Below are positions 37,414-50,651 of a stretch of 64,000 bases of DNA, in pieces. Under the pieces are notes generated by a model, which did not search any database, had not been told where the DNA came from, and saw only the letters and a list, made by a program, of their open reading frames with translations. The DNA is from Escherichia coli (GTDB lineage Bacteria; Pseudomonadota; Gammaproteobacteria; Enterobacterales; Enterobacteriaceae). The DNA lies in assembly GCF_003334335.1 (NCBI RefSeq), contig NZ_QOWQ01000001.1; one strand, 5' to 3'. Position numbers and translations under genes: made by a program. Numbering within the stretch: position 1 is the stretch's first letter; the number at the start of each line of letters is the position of its first letter.

Positions 37414-39648
37414 ATGGTTGCGGTAAGAAGTGCACATATCAATAAGGCTGGTGAATTTGATCCGGAAAAATGGATCGCAAGTCTGGGTATTACCAGCCAG
37501 AAGTCGTGTGAGTGCTTAGCCGAAACCTGGGCGTATTGTCTGCAACAGACGCAGGGGCATCCGGATGCCAGTCTGTTATTGTGGCGTGGTGTTGAGATGG
37601 TGGAGATCCTCTCGACATTAAGTATGGACATTGACACGCTGCGGGCGGCGCTGCTTTTCCCTCTGGCGGATGCCAACGTAGTCAGCGAAGATGTGCTGCG
37701 TGAGAGCGTCGGTAAGTCGGTCGTTAACCTTATTCACGGCGTGCGTGATATGGCGGCGATCCGCCAGCTGAAAGCGACGCACACTGATTCTGTTTCCTCC
37801 GAACAGGTCGATAACGTTCGCCGGATGTTATTGGCGATGGTCGATGATTTTCGCTGCGTAGTCATCAAACTGGCGGAGCGTATTGCTCATCTGCGCGAAG
37901 TAAAAGATGCGCCGGAAGATGAACGTGTACTGGCGGCAAAAGAGTGTACCAACATCTACGCACCGCTGGCTAACCGTCTCGGAATCGGACAACTGAAATG
38001 GGAACTGGAAGATTACTGCTTCCGTTACCTCCATCCAACCGAATACAAACGAATTGCCAAACTGCTGCATGAACGGCGTCTCGACCGCGAACACTACATC
38101 GAAGAGTTCGTTGGTCATCTGCGCGCTGAGATGAAAACTGAAGGCGTTAAAGCGGAAGTGTATGGTCGTCCGAAACACATCTACAGCATCTGGCGTAAAA
38201 TGCAGAAAAAGAACCTCGCCTTTGATGAGCTGTTTGATGTGCGTGCGGTACGTATTGTCGCCGAGCGTTTACAGGATTGCTATGCCGCACTGGGGATAGT
38301 GCACACTCACTATCGCCACCTGCCGGATGAGTTTGACGATTACGTCGCTAACCCGAAACCAAACGGTTATCAGTCTATTCATACCGTGGTTCTGGGGCCG
38401 GGTGGAAAAACCGTTGAGATCCAAATCCGCACCAAACAGATGCATGAAGATGCAGAGTTGGGTGTTGCTGCGCACTGGAAATATAAAGAGGGCGCGGCTG
38501 CTGGCGGCGCACGTTCGGGACATGAAGACCGGATTGCCTGGCTGCGTAAACTGATTGCGTGGCAGGAAGAGATGGCTGATTCCGGCGAAATGCTCGACGA
38601 AGTACGTAGTCAGGTCTTTGACGACCGGGTGTACGTCTTTACGCCGAAAGGTGATGTCGTTGATTTGCCTGCGGGATCAACGCCGCTGGACTTCGCTTAC
38701 CACATCCACAGTGATGTCGGACACCGCTGCATCGGGGCAAAAATTGGCGGGCGCATTGTGCCGTTCACCTACCAGCTGCAGATGGGCGACCAGATTGAAA
38801 TTATCACCCAGAAACAGCCGAACCCCAGCCGTGACTGGTTAAACCCAAACCTCGGTTACGTCACAACCAGCCGTGGGCGTTCGAAAATTCACGCCTGGTT
38901 CCGTAAACAGGACCGTGACAAAAACATTCTGGCTGGGCGGCAAATCCTTGACGACGAGCTGGAACATCTGGGGATCAGCCTGAAAGAAGCAGAAAAACAT
39001 CTGCTGCCGCGTTACAACTTCAATGATGTCGACGAGTTGCTGGCGGCGATTGGTGGCGGGGATATCCGTCTCAATCAGATGGTGAACTTCCTGCAATCGC
39101 AATTTAATAAGCCGAGTGCCGAAGAGCAGGACGCCGCCGCGCTGAAGCAACTTCAGCAAAAAAGCTACACGCCGCAAAACCGCAGTAAAGATAACGGTCG
39201 CGTGGTAGTCGAAGGTGTTGGCAACCTGATGCACCACATCGCGCGCTGCTGCCAGCCGATTCCTGGAGATGAGATTGTCGGCTTCATTACCCAGGGGCGC
39301 GGTATTTCAGTACACCGCGCCGATTGCGAACAACTGGCGGAACTGCGCTCCCATGCGCCAGAACGCATTGTTGACGCGGTATGGGGTGAGAGCTACTCCG
39401 CCGGATATTCGCTGGTGGTCCGCGTGGTAGCTAATGATCGTAGTGGGTTGTTACGTGATATCACGACCATTCTCGCCAACGAGAAGGTGAACGTGCTTGG
39501 CGTTGCCAGCCGTAGCGACACCAAACAGCAACTGGCGACCATCGACATGACCATTGAGATTTACAACCTGCAAGTGCTGGGGCGCGTGCTGGGTAAACTC
39601 AACCAGGTGCCGGATGTTATCGACGCGCGTCGGTTGCACGGGAGTTAG
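37414..39648 (+). CDS. relA: (p)ppGpp synthetase I (GTP pyrophosphokinase)
   Basis: 744 aa, MVAVRSAHINKAGEFDPEKWIASLGITSQKSCECL. Confidence 0.92.
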   Translation: MVAVRSAHINKAGEFDPEKWIASLGITSQKSCECLAETWAYCLQQTQGHPDASLLLWRGVEMVEILSTLSMDIDTLRAALLFPLADANVVSEDVLRESVGKSVVNLIHGVRDMAAIRQLKATHTDSVSSEQVDNVRRMLLAMVDDFRCVVIKLAERIAHLREVKDAPEDERVLAAKECTNIYAPLANRLGIGQLKWELEDYCFRYLHPTEYKRIAKLLHERRLDREHYIEEFVGHLRAEMKTEGVKAEVYGRPKHIYSIWRKMQKKNLAFDELFDVRAVRIVAERLQDCYAALGIVHTHYRHLPDEFDDYVANPKPNGYQSIHTVVLGPGGKTVEIQIRTKQMHEDAELGVAAHWKYKEGAAAGGARSGHEDRIAWLRKLIAWQEEMADSGEMLDEVRSQVFDDRVYVFTPKGDVVDLPAGSTPLDFAYHIHSDVGHRCIGAKIGGRIVPFTYQLQMGDQIEIITQKQPNPSRDWLNPNLGYVTTSRGRSKIHAWFRKQDRDKNILAGRQILDDELEHLGISLKEAEKHLLPRYNFNDVDELLAAIGGGDIRLNQMVNFLQSQFNKPSAEEQDAAALKQLQQKSYTPQNRSKDNGRVVVEGVGNLMHHIARCCQPIPGDEIVGFITQGRGISVHRADCEQLAELRSHAPERIVDAVWGESYSAGYSLVVRVVANDRSGLLRDITTILANEKVNVLGVASRSDTKQQLATIDMTIEIYNLQVLGRVLGKLNQVPDVIDARRLHGS

Positions 39649-39664
39649 GCCGAAATTTGCTCGT

Positions 39665-39679
39665 ATCTACAATGTAGAT
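39665..39679. promoter_or_regulatory. mazEF promoter-operator palindrome (autoregulation site)
   Basis: atctacaatgtagat perfect palindrome 45 nt upstream of mazE start, followed by a related tatctacatat motif. Confidence 0.5.
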
Positions 39680-39725
39680 TGATATATACTGTATCTACAT
39701 ATGATAGCGGTTTGAGGAAAGGGTT

Positions 39726-39974
39726 ATGATCCACAGTAGCGTAAAGCGTTGGGGAAATTCACCGGCGGTGCGGATCCCGGCTACGTTAATGCAGGCGCTC
39801 AATCTGAATATTGATGATGAAGTGAAGATTGACCTGGTGGATGGCAAATTAATTATTGAGCCAGTGCGTAAAGAGCCCGTATTTACGCTTGCTGAACTGG
39901 TCAACGACATCACGCCGGAAAACCTCCACGAGAATATCGACTGGGGAGAGCCGAAAGATAAGGAAGTCTGGTAA
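39726..39974 (+). CDS. mazE: Antitoxin MazE
   Basis: 82 aa, [47 protein letters not shown]; AbrB/SpoVT-type; stop overlaps mazF start. Confidence 0.92.
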
Positions 39975-40309
39975 TGGTAAGCCGATACGTACCCGATATG
40001 GGCGATCTGATTTGGGTTGATTTTGACCCGACAAAAGGTAGCGAGCAAGCTGGACATCGTCCAGCTGTTGTCCTGAGTCCTTTCATGTACAACAACAAAA
40101 CAGGTATGTGTCTGTGTGTTCCTTGTACAACGCAATCAAAAGGATATCCGTTCGAAGTTGTTTTATCCGGTCAGGAACGTGATGGCGTAGCGTTAGCTGA
40201 TCAGGTAAAAAGTATCGCCTGGCGGGCAAGAGGAGCAACGAAGAAAGGAACAGTTGCCCCAGAGGAATTACAACTCATTAAAGCCAAAATTAACGTACTG
40301 ATTGGGTAG
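39974..40309 (+). CDS. mazF: Toxin MazF (ACA-specific mRNA interferase)
   Basis: 111 aa, [36 protein letters not shown]. Confidence 0.92.
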   Translation: MVSRYVPDMGDLIWVDFDPTKGSEQAGHRPAVVLSPFMYNNKTGMCLCVPCTTQSKGYPFEVVLSGQERDGVALADQVKSIAWRARGATKKGTVAPEELQLIKAKINVLIG

Positions 40310-40379
40310 TGTTACTAACTCACTTCTATTCTGGTCACAGGTTTCCACCTGACAGACCCGCAATTTTCAGGACAATTCA

Positions 40380-41171
40380 ATGAATCAAATCGACCGTTTG
40401 CTCACTATTATGCAGCGCCTGCGCGATCCGGAAAACGGCTGCCCGTGGGATAAAGAGCAGACATTTGCCACCATTGCGCCTTACACCCTTGAAGAAACCT
40501 ACGAAGTGCTGGACGCCATCGCCCGTGAAGATTTTGACGATCTTCGCGGTGAACTGGGCGATCTGCTATTCCAGGTGGTGTTTTACGCGCAAATGGCTCA
40601 GGAAGAAGGGCGCTTTGACTTTAATGATATTTGCGCTGCTATTAGCGATAAATTAGAGCGTCGCCATCCGCATGTTTTTGCTGATAGTTCTGCCGAAAAC
40701 AGTAGTGAAGTGCTTGCCCGTTGGGAGCAAATCAAAACCGAAGAGCGCGCGCAGAAAGCGCAGCATTCGGCGCTGGACGATATTCCTCGTAGTTTACCGG
40801 CTTTAATGCGTGCGCAAAAAATCCAGAAACGTTGCGCCAACGTTGGCTTCGATTGGACGACGCTTGGTCCGGTAGTCGATAAAGTCTACGAAGAGATCGA
40901 CGAGGTGATGTACGAAGCGCGGCAGGCTGTTGTCGACCAGGCTAAACTGGAGGAGGAAATGGGGGACCTGCTGTTTGCCACGGTTAATCTGGCTCGCCAT
41001 TTAGGGACGAAAGCAGAAATCGCATTGCAAAAAGCGAACGAAAAATTCGAGCGTCGTTTTCGCGAAGTGGAGCGTATTGTTGCCGCGCGTGGACTGGAAA
41101 TGACAGGTGTTGACCTCGAAACAATGGAAGAAGTCTGGCAACAGGTAAAACGGCAGGAAATTGATCTCTAA
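40380..41171 (+). CDS. mazG: Nucleoside triphosphate pyrophosphohydrolase MazG
   Basis: 263 aa, MNQIDRLLTIMQRLRDPENGCPWDKEQTF. Confidence 0.9.
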   Translation: MNQIDRLLTIMQRLRDPENGCPWDKEQTFATIAPYTLEETYEVLDAIAREDFDDLRGELGDLLFQVVFYAQMAQEEGRFDFNDICAAISDKLERRHPHVFADSSAENSSEVLARWEQIKTEERAQKAQHSALDDIPRSLPALMRAQKIQKRCANVGFDWTTLGPVVDKVYEEIDEVMYEARQAVVDQAKLEEEMGDLLFATVNLARHLGTKAEIALQKANEKFERRFREVERIVAARGLEMTGVDLETMEEVWQQVKRQEIDL

Positions 41172-41383
41172 GGGAATTACGCGGTCAAGCGCCATTTGTG
41201 TCATTTTTTAAATGACAAGCGCTTGATTTGCGTCAAAAACATTTACCCCAAAGGGGCTATTTTCTCACTCCTGATTTCAATAGTGCGCTGGCGAAGAGGA
41301 GGGATAATGAAAGTTTGTGGCACAGGTCATGTTCGGGTATACTGCTTTCCCGTCTTGGTTATTCCATCGTCTTTTCAACCTAA

Positions 41384-43036
<1,653 letters not shown>

Positions 43037-43108
43037 GTAAAAAAGTTAGAGCGGCAACGCGTACCCTGGGTACGCGTTGTTTGTCTGGAGTTTCAGTTTA
43101 ACTAGTGA

Positions 43109-44422
<1,314 letters not shown>

Positions 44423-44441
44423 GACTGACTTTATCTGATTT

Positions 44442-44472
44442 AAAAATGCCAGCCTCCGGGCTGGCATTTTTT
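44442..44472. terminator. Rho-independent terminator between convergent eno and ygcG (likely bidirectional)
   Basis: aaaaatgccagcc tccg ggctggcattttttat: 10-bp stem flanked by an A-run and a T-run. Confidence 0.7.
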
Positions 44473-44481
44473 ATGGTTGAG

Positions 44482-45354
44482 TTACCAGCGGCCGGATGCG
44501 CCGCCACCTCCAGAAGAACCGCCCCCGCCGCTAAATCCGCCGCTATCTGAGCCTCCAGCGGAACCGCTGTTGTCTGAATGATAACTTCTACCAGATGCTC
44601 TTTTCTGAAGTACACATAAACAGGTAAAGACCATAAATATGGTGAAAGTAAAAAAGAAGGAAAATACAGCAATGGAAAAAATTTTATCGGAGAACAGGAA
44701 TAAATCTAAAAGATAGATTGCTGAAATACAGACTCCACTTTTACATGCGCGACAAAAATTACTGCCTTGATGAAAAAACCAGAAAGGGAAGAACATCACT
44801 GCAAATACCCAAAAAATAGCAAAGTAATAATGATCACTGGAAGACGCTGATTCACTTTCTGAAGGATTAGTCGGATATTGGTGTTGTGAAGTGAGTTGGT
44901 TATTCAAAGCGTTTATAGCTAGCTCTAATCCCTTAGCTAATTTTTGTTGTTTAAATGCGGGTATCATGTTGCTACGGATGATATCTCCAGCCAGAGCATC
45001 GGTTACCTTTTCTTCCAGCCCATAACCTACCTGGATGCGGACAGTGCGATCCGACCAGGCAACAACGATCAGTATCCCATCATTACGTTTGGCATCTCCT
45101 AAACGCCAATTGTCAAAAACTCTTGTAGCATATTGTTCAATTGTCTCGTCTTTGGTTGTGGGAACAATTAATACGGCAATTTGCACTTGGGTATTATTGA
45201 AAATAGATTCTAACTTGTGCGTCAGTTCTTTCTTTTCTTGTGAGTTTAAGCTACTCGTAAGATCCGTAACTTGTTGCTGTAATTGTGGGACAATAGTTGG
45301 TTGGGCTGCAACAAAGGAACATACGAAAGTGAACATTAGTATGAAATAGCGCAT
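44482..45354 (-). CDS. ygcG: TPM-domain membrane protein YgcG with glycine-rich C-terminal tail
   Basis: ORF 44482..45423; probable start [18 protein letters not shown] (signal peptide) at 45354; internal TM segment; C-terminus [24 protein letters not shown]; AT-rich coding sequence. Confidence 0.75.
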
Positions 45355-45646
45355 TATAAATTTCTCATTAAATCTGGATAAATAAATTGACGGCGGCATC
45401 GGTAATTTTATATTCGTTATCATTAAAAACTAATACAGAAAAAATAAATATAATTTTGGTGAATGTTTTGACATGATTAAATCCATTTTCTTTATTTTCT
45501 TCTGACATAATACGTTACTCCCTTTAATTATTAACGATATGTTTCGCATTTTTCTTTAAACCTGCCTGTAACAGAATGTTAATAAGACATGATTGTTGTG
45601 GCAGGATCTGCAATAATTAACAATTATCCACTTCACAGAGAATGCT

Positions 45647-46318
45647 ATGCAGTACCCGATTAACGAGATGTTCCAGACGCTGCAAGGTGAGGGTTACTTT
45701 ACCGGCGTTCCCGCCATTTTTATTCGTTTACAGGGATGCCCGGTTGGCTGTGCCTGGTGCGACACCAAACACACCTGGGAAAAGCTTGAGGATCGGGAAG
45801 TCTCCCTTTTCAGCATTCTGGCGAAGACCAAAGAGAGTGATAAGTGGGGGGCTGCGAGCAGTGAAGATTTGCTGGCTGTCATTGGTCGCCAGGGATACAC
45901 CGCGCGGCATGTGGTGATTACGGGTGGTGAGCCTTGCATTCATGATTTGCTGCCACTGACTGATCTGCTCGAAAAGAACGGTTTTAGCTGCCAGATCGAA
46001 ACCAGTGGTACTCATGAGGTACGCTGCACACCGAATACCTGGGTTACCGTATCGCCAAAGCTGAACATGCGCGGCGGCTATGAAGTGTTGTCACAGGCAC
46101 TGGAGCGAGCCAACGAAATCAAGCATCCAGTGGGGCGCGTACGCGATATTGAAGCACTGGATGAACTACTGGCAACGCTGACCGATGATAAACCGCGAGT
46201 CATTGCACTGCAGCCGATTAGCCAAAAGGATGATGCCACACGTTTGTGCATTGAAACCTGCATTGCGCGTAATTGGCGTTTGTCGATGCAAACACATAAA
46301 TATCTAAATATTGCCTGA
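45647..46318 (+). CDS. queE: 7-carboxy-7-deazaguanine synthase (radical SAM)
   Basis: 223 aa, MQYPINEMFQTLQGEGYFTGVPAIFIRLQGCPVGCAWCDTKHTW. Confidence 0.9.
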   Translation: MQYPINEMFQTLQGEGYFTGVPAIFIRLQGCPVGCAWCDTKHTWEKLEDREVSLFSILAKTKESDKWGAASSEDLLAVIGRQGYTARHVVITGGEPCIHDLLPLTDLLEKNGFSCQIETSGTHEVRCTPNTWVTVSPKLNMRGGYEVLSQALERANEIKHPVGRVRDIEALDELLATLTDDKPRVIALQPISQKDDATRLCIETCIARNWRLSMQTHKYLNIA

Positions 46319-46657
46319 TTAAACATTTATAAGCGTTATAAATGGGTGGAACCTGTAAAGACTTCTACTCATTTATATTGTTTGTCGCCTCTGAAAACTC
46401 CTCCATTTTACCCATCCAGGGCTAATCATTAGCATTCTCTACAAATTCTGTGGCATTAATTTTTCGCTGGAGTGAAAATTATTGCGGTAAAGTTTGGTAG
46501 ATTTTAGTTTGTATAGAGTTATTTTAAATATTTACCTTTTTAATCAATGGATTAAGTGCTCTTTAACATAATGGATGTGTTGTTTGTGTGATACTATAAA
46601 GTTGGTAGATTGTGACTGGCTTAAAAAATCATTAATTAATAATAGGTTATGTTTAGA

Positions 46658-47052
46658 GTGTTCCCCGCGCCAGCGGGGATAAACCGGCAAAAACCGGGCA
46701 ATCGCAAAAAGGCGTAATGTGTTCCCCGCGCCAGCGGGGATAAACCTGTGTTTGCGGCATTAACGCTCACCAGCATTTCGTGTTCCCCGCGCCAGCGGGG
46801 ATAAACCGACGTGGTCATGGGTGCTGCTGTTGCAGAGCCAGTGTTCCCCGCGCCAGCGGGGATAAACCGAGCAGATACACGGCTTTGTATTCCGTGCGCC
46901 CGTGTTCCCCGCGCCAGCGGGGATAAACCGAATAGCAATAGTCCATAGATTTGCGAAAACAGGTGTTCCCCGCGCCAGCGGGGATAAACCGGAGCCTGAC
47001 GAGACTACTGAGGCCGTTCTGTCGAGTTCCCCGCGCCAGCGGGGATAAACCA
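46658..47052 (+). CRISPR. Type I-E-style CRISPR array: 7 repeats of 29 bp, 6 spacers of 32 bp, AT-rich leader on the queE side
   Basis: Repeats GTGTTCCCCGCGCCAGCGGGGATAAACCG start at 46658, 46719, 46780, 46841, 46902, 46963 and 47024, strict 61-bp period; last repeat is the variant GAGTTCCCCGCGCCAGCGGGGATAAACCA; no cas genes in the window. Confidence 0.95.
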
Positions 47053-47522
47053 CCATATAACCCGTTATCTCTTTCTCAAGTTTTTATATTAGCAGTACTT
47101 GTAATAAGCAACATATCCACGTAACACCTCATGTTCAAAATAGTTCTCCATGCCAGAGAGGTTCACAATTATCGATACAAAAAATTAAATTTAATCAAAG
47201 TGTTATTTGTATGATTCTTAAATCGTTAAGAAATTTTAATCTATTATTTTTTTAATATTGAATTAATGCCTGTTAATTTTTTCTTTAGAATAACAGTATA
47301 TTTTTTAAGCTTGTTATTCATTGGTTAAGTAATAAATCTGGAAGTTTGTCTTTGTTTTGAGGCTAATGAGTGGTTTTACATAACCGCCTCTATACGCTGT
47401 TGATGAATAGTTCTTATGAATAAAGATATCCAGTTCATACTTTAAGTGAAAATTGATAAAGTGCGATTCGTATTGTCTTTTATTCTAAAGACATCGAGTG
47501 TAGTTAATATTCCTTGTAAAAA

Positions 47523-47645
47523 CAGGGATAAACCGAACTAGTTAAAGTTTTTATTATGTTCCCTGCATCAGCGGGGATAAACCGGACTTGTTATCATTTT
47601 TTAAGTTGTCGAACTTATGTTCCCCGCGTCAGCGGGGATAACCAT
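47523..47645 (+). CRISPR. Degenerate CRISPR remnant: 2 diverged repeats plus a truncated repeat
   Basis: cagggataaaccg (truncated), atgttccctgcatcagcggggataaaccg (47556-47584), 32-bp spacer gacttgttatcattttttaagttgtcgaactt, atgttccccgcgtcagcggggataaccat (47617-47645). Confidence 0.8.
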
Positions 47646-47690
47646 TCAGGTATGTTCAGGCCGGGCAGTTTCCCGCCCGGCCTTCCTCAC

Positions 47691-49169
47691 TTACGCATTC
47701 GACCAGCTCTGGATCGAATCCACATTCCCCAATTCCCCATGCATCACTTCATACGATTTTTTCAGGATCACATCAGTATGTTTGGTTAGGTCTTTGAAAA
47801 TGCCTTTATTCATCGCGTCGTAGCGTTTGGCATTGCTCTCAATCGGTATAAAGATATCTTTCACGCGAACCATGTTATCGACAGCCGTTGCGTAATCCGG
47901 GTATAGCCCCAGACCTACCGCTGTATTAATCGCTGCCCCCAGGCTTGCACAACCGTTAATGGCGTTACGTCGTGCCGGAAGGTTGAACACGTCGGCAAAA
48001 ATCTGCATAAACAGATCGCTGTTCGAACCGCCGCCAGTAATGATCACATGCTTCGCAAAGTGATTCATTTCATTACACATATTGTCGTAATTGTTCTTCA
48101 GCGTCAGCGCCACGCTTTCCAGTATCGAACGATATATCCATGCGTAATCCATGCTGGAATCAAAGCCGATCATAATCCCGCGTTTGTACGGTTCCCACGG
48201 ATTGGTCAGCCAGTCCAGCACCGTCATCAGACCATTACAGCCTGGCGGCACACAAGAAGCTTTTTTGTTGAGTAAATCTTCCGGTGAAAGATCCTGCGCC
48301 CTGGCATCCTGAATTAACGACTCGCCTAGCATGTCGCGCAGCCAGCTCACCGTCCACATGCCTTTGCGAATACCGTAACCTTCATACAGCAATGTTTGCG
48401 GAATAGAAGACATAATCGGCCAGTACGCTACTGGATCTTTCGGCAGTGCTTTGCCGTTCATCATCAATGCGATGTAAGTGCCAAGAGAAATTACCGCCGT
48501 TTCATCATCCAGTAATCCGGCCCCCAGAGCTTCTACCGGTTTATCACTGGTGGTACAAACAACCGGCAGTCCTGCCGGGAAATGTGTCGCCAGTGCGGCT
48601 TGTGGTGTGATATGTCCGAGGACGGTGCCAGGCATTTGCACATCAAACAGCATATGACGGGGGATATTAAACTTATCCATTACCGCAGCATCTTCGCTCC
48701 ATGCCCAGCTCTTATAATCCACCGGCCACTGACCAAAATAGTTGGCGATATTGTCTTTAAACTCGCCGGTTAAGCGATGCGTCAGATAACCCGAAAAAGA
48801 GGTGACATATGCCACGTCAGGGTTAGTGTGTTCGTAAGGGCGTGTAACGCGTGCATCCTGCCAGCTAATCAACGGCGCAGCAGGCGTGCCATCGGCTTTC
48901 AATAACGCACGGCAGCAACGGATGGATCCCAGACCAATACCGACAATATCTTCTTTATTCCCGGCAAACTGACTCATCAAATCGTGACCGGCAAAACATA
49001 ATGATGCCCATAAATCGTCGTCAGGATGTTCTGCAGTATCGGCATCTGGCGTGTGCATCGGCTGTAATAAGCCTTTGCCTTCGCAAACCACGTTACCTTC
49101 CAGATCGTACATCACCACTTTTGTGCTCTGACTTCCGCCATCAATCCCTATGATGTATTTTTTCGACAT
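47691..49169 (-). CDS. ygcE: FGGY-family carbohydrate kinase, substrate unknown
   Basis: 492 aa, MSKKYIIGIDGGSQSTKVVMYDLEGNVVCEG; FGGY N- and C-terminal domains. Confidence 0.85.
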   Translation of the reverse strand: MSKKYIIGIDGGSQSTKVVMYDLEGNVVCEGKGLLQPMHTPDADTAEHPDDDLWASLCFAGHDLMSQFAGNKEDIVGIGLGSIRCCRALLKADGTPAAPLISWQDARVTRPYEHTNPDVAYVTSFSGYLTHRLTGEFKDNIANYFGQWPVDYKSWAWSEDAAVMDKFNIPRHMLFDVQMPGTVLGHITPQAALATHFPAGLPVVCTTSDKPVEALGAGLLDDETAVISLGTYIALMMNGKALPKDPVAYWPIMSSIPQTLLYEGYGIRKGMWTVSWLRDMLGESLIQDARAQDLSPEDLLNKKASCVPPGCNGLMTVLDWLTNPWEPYKRGIMIGFDSSMDYAWIYRSILESVALTLKNNYDNMCNEMNHFAKHVIITGGGSNSDLFMQIFADVFNLPARRNAINGCASLGAAINTAVGLGLYPDYATAVDNMVRVKDIFIPIESNAKRYDAMNKGIFKDLTKHTDVILKKSYEVMHGELGNVDSIQSWSNA

Positions 49170-49195
49170 GATTTTTCTCCTGTAATTTTCCTGGC

Positions 49196-50473
49196 TTACT
49201 TGCTGCTAGCCATTGCGGGGGCGCTATCAGCAGTACGAATTTTTTGGAACAGCAAAAAGGTAAAGACAATCACCATGCCAAGCGCCGCCATGCCCATCAG
49301 CCACATATTGCGGTAGGCTTCTGCAGCGGGCAGGGTGTCTTGCCAGTGGCCGATAATTGGGTAAACGAAGACATCCGGCAGGAATCCAATCACCGAACAA
49401 ATACCTACCGTGGTGCCCATAATGTAAGACGGTGTTCTCGCTTCGCCAGGGCAGGCCCAGTACAGTCCGCGTGAGGCGTAACAGGTGAATCCCAGCAGTA
49501 AAATCAGGCCAATCCCCATCGCGACCGATTGCGGGTTAGAGTTCGTGACGAGCAGGGCAGTTAACGTCAGCAGGCCGAGTACGGAAAGGATTTGGATCAC
49601 GCGGGTAGGGGATTTCACTTTGCTGTAGGTGGTGATTATGCCGCCAAGTGGGCCGCACAGCGCGCGGAATATTTTGTTGATCACAATCCCCATGTAGCTC
49701 GCCGCCACCAGCGACATGCCATACATTTCGGTCAGATAGTTGGTGGAGTAACTCAGAATGGCGTAGATGGTGAAGACGCCAAAAATCACCATGCTGCAAT
49801 ACCAGGTGGTGCTGATACGCAAAACGGCCAGGATGTCGCTAAGCTGGAATGACTGTTTTTCTTCGTTATTGGCACTGCGCAGGTTGTTGTTATCGCTAAC
49901 AAAAAACCAGCACAGAATCCCCAACAAGATGTAAACCACACTATAGATGATAATGACCGTTTTCAGGCTGGTGCTGTCATCCGGTGCAAAGCGAGAAAAG
50001 ACCCACATGGTAAACACCGCCAGCGACATTACACCGACGCCGCGCAGCCCTTCCATCCAGCCCATAATTTTCCCTTGCTCGCTATGATCGCCAAGCAACG
50101 ATGCAGCTTTAATCGACACCGACCACAGCATTAAAATCGTCGTTATCGCAAAGGCGATCTGAATACAGAGCATTACCCACAGCGGTGGATACGTTGCCAT
50201 TAACAGACCCAGTAATCCGGTAATGATCATCGCGGAAGTAATCATTTTGCGGTGTGAAAATTTATCGGCAATAACGCCGCTGGGGGCATAAAGAATAATG
50301 GCCGCAATACCAAAGGTACTCATTATTAAACCTATCTCGGTATTGCTGAATCCCATAAATTTCGCCATGGGAATTTGATAAATATAACGTAAATAAGCCA
50401 GGTCGAAACTAACGCCGCCGCTAAAACTAATTATCGCGAGGGTTATCCAACGGCGATATGAGTTGTGTTGCAT
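49196..50473 (-). CDS. yqcE: MFS transporter, substrate unknown
   Basis: 425 aa, 12-TM-like hydrophobic profile, MQHNSYRRWITLAIISFSGGVSFDLAYLRY. Confidence 0.85.
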   Translation of the reverse strand: MQHNSYRRWITLAIISFSGGVSFDLAYLRYIYQIPMAKFMGFSNTEIGLIMSTFGIAAIILYAPSGVIADKFSHRKMITSAMIITGLLGLLMATYPPLWVMLCIQIAFAITTILMLWSVSIKAASLLGDHSEQGKIMGWMEGLRGVGVMSLAVFTMWVFSRFAPDDSTSLKTVIIIYSVVYILLGILCWFFVSDNNNLRSANNEEKQSFQLSDILAVLRISTTWYCSMVIFGVFTIYAILSYSTNYLTEMYGMSLVAASYMGIVINKIFRALCGPLGGIITTYSKVKSPTRVIQILSVLGLLTLTALLVTNSNPQSVAMGIGLILLLGFTCYASRGLYWACPGEARTPSYIMGTTVGICSVIGFLPDVFVYPIIGHWQDTLPAAEAYRNMWLMGMAALGMVIVFTFLLFQKIRTADSAPAMASSK

Positions 50474-50497
50474 ATCGTATTCCCATTTGTAATAGAC

Positions 50498-50545
50498 AAA
50501 AAAAAGAGAAAAGTAAGCCGCCCTTTCAGGTGGATTACTTTTCTC
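50498..50545 (-). terminator. Intrinsic-terminator-like hairpin in the 5' leader of yqcE (candidate attenuator)
   Basis: On the minus strand: gagaaaagtaa [18-nt loop] ttacttttctc followed by tttttttt, ending about 25 nt upstream of the yqcE ATG. Confidence 0.55.
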
Positions 50546-50651
50546 AGGTCTCTAGTAATTGAAATAATAAATAACATGGAAAGCAGAGGTGTTGTGTGAG
50601 AGTAATCACGCTTCTGCTTTTTAAAATTATTTGACAATACGAATATCACAC

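Noticed and set aside
46636-47056. Two overlapping about 100-aa ORFs on the minus strand (46636..46938 and 46760..47056)
   Set aside because: They are translations of the CRISPR repeats (periodic SPLARGT / IPAGAGNT peptide every 61 nt), not genes.
47556-47823. Small plus-strand ORFs (47556..47789 and 47617..47823)
   Set aside because: Start inside the degenerate CRISPR repeats and run antisense into the 3' end of ygcE; no RBS or domain signal.
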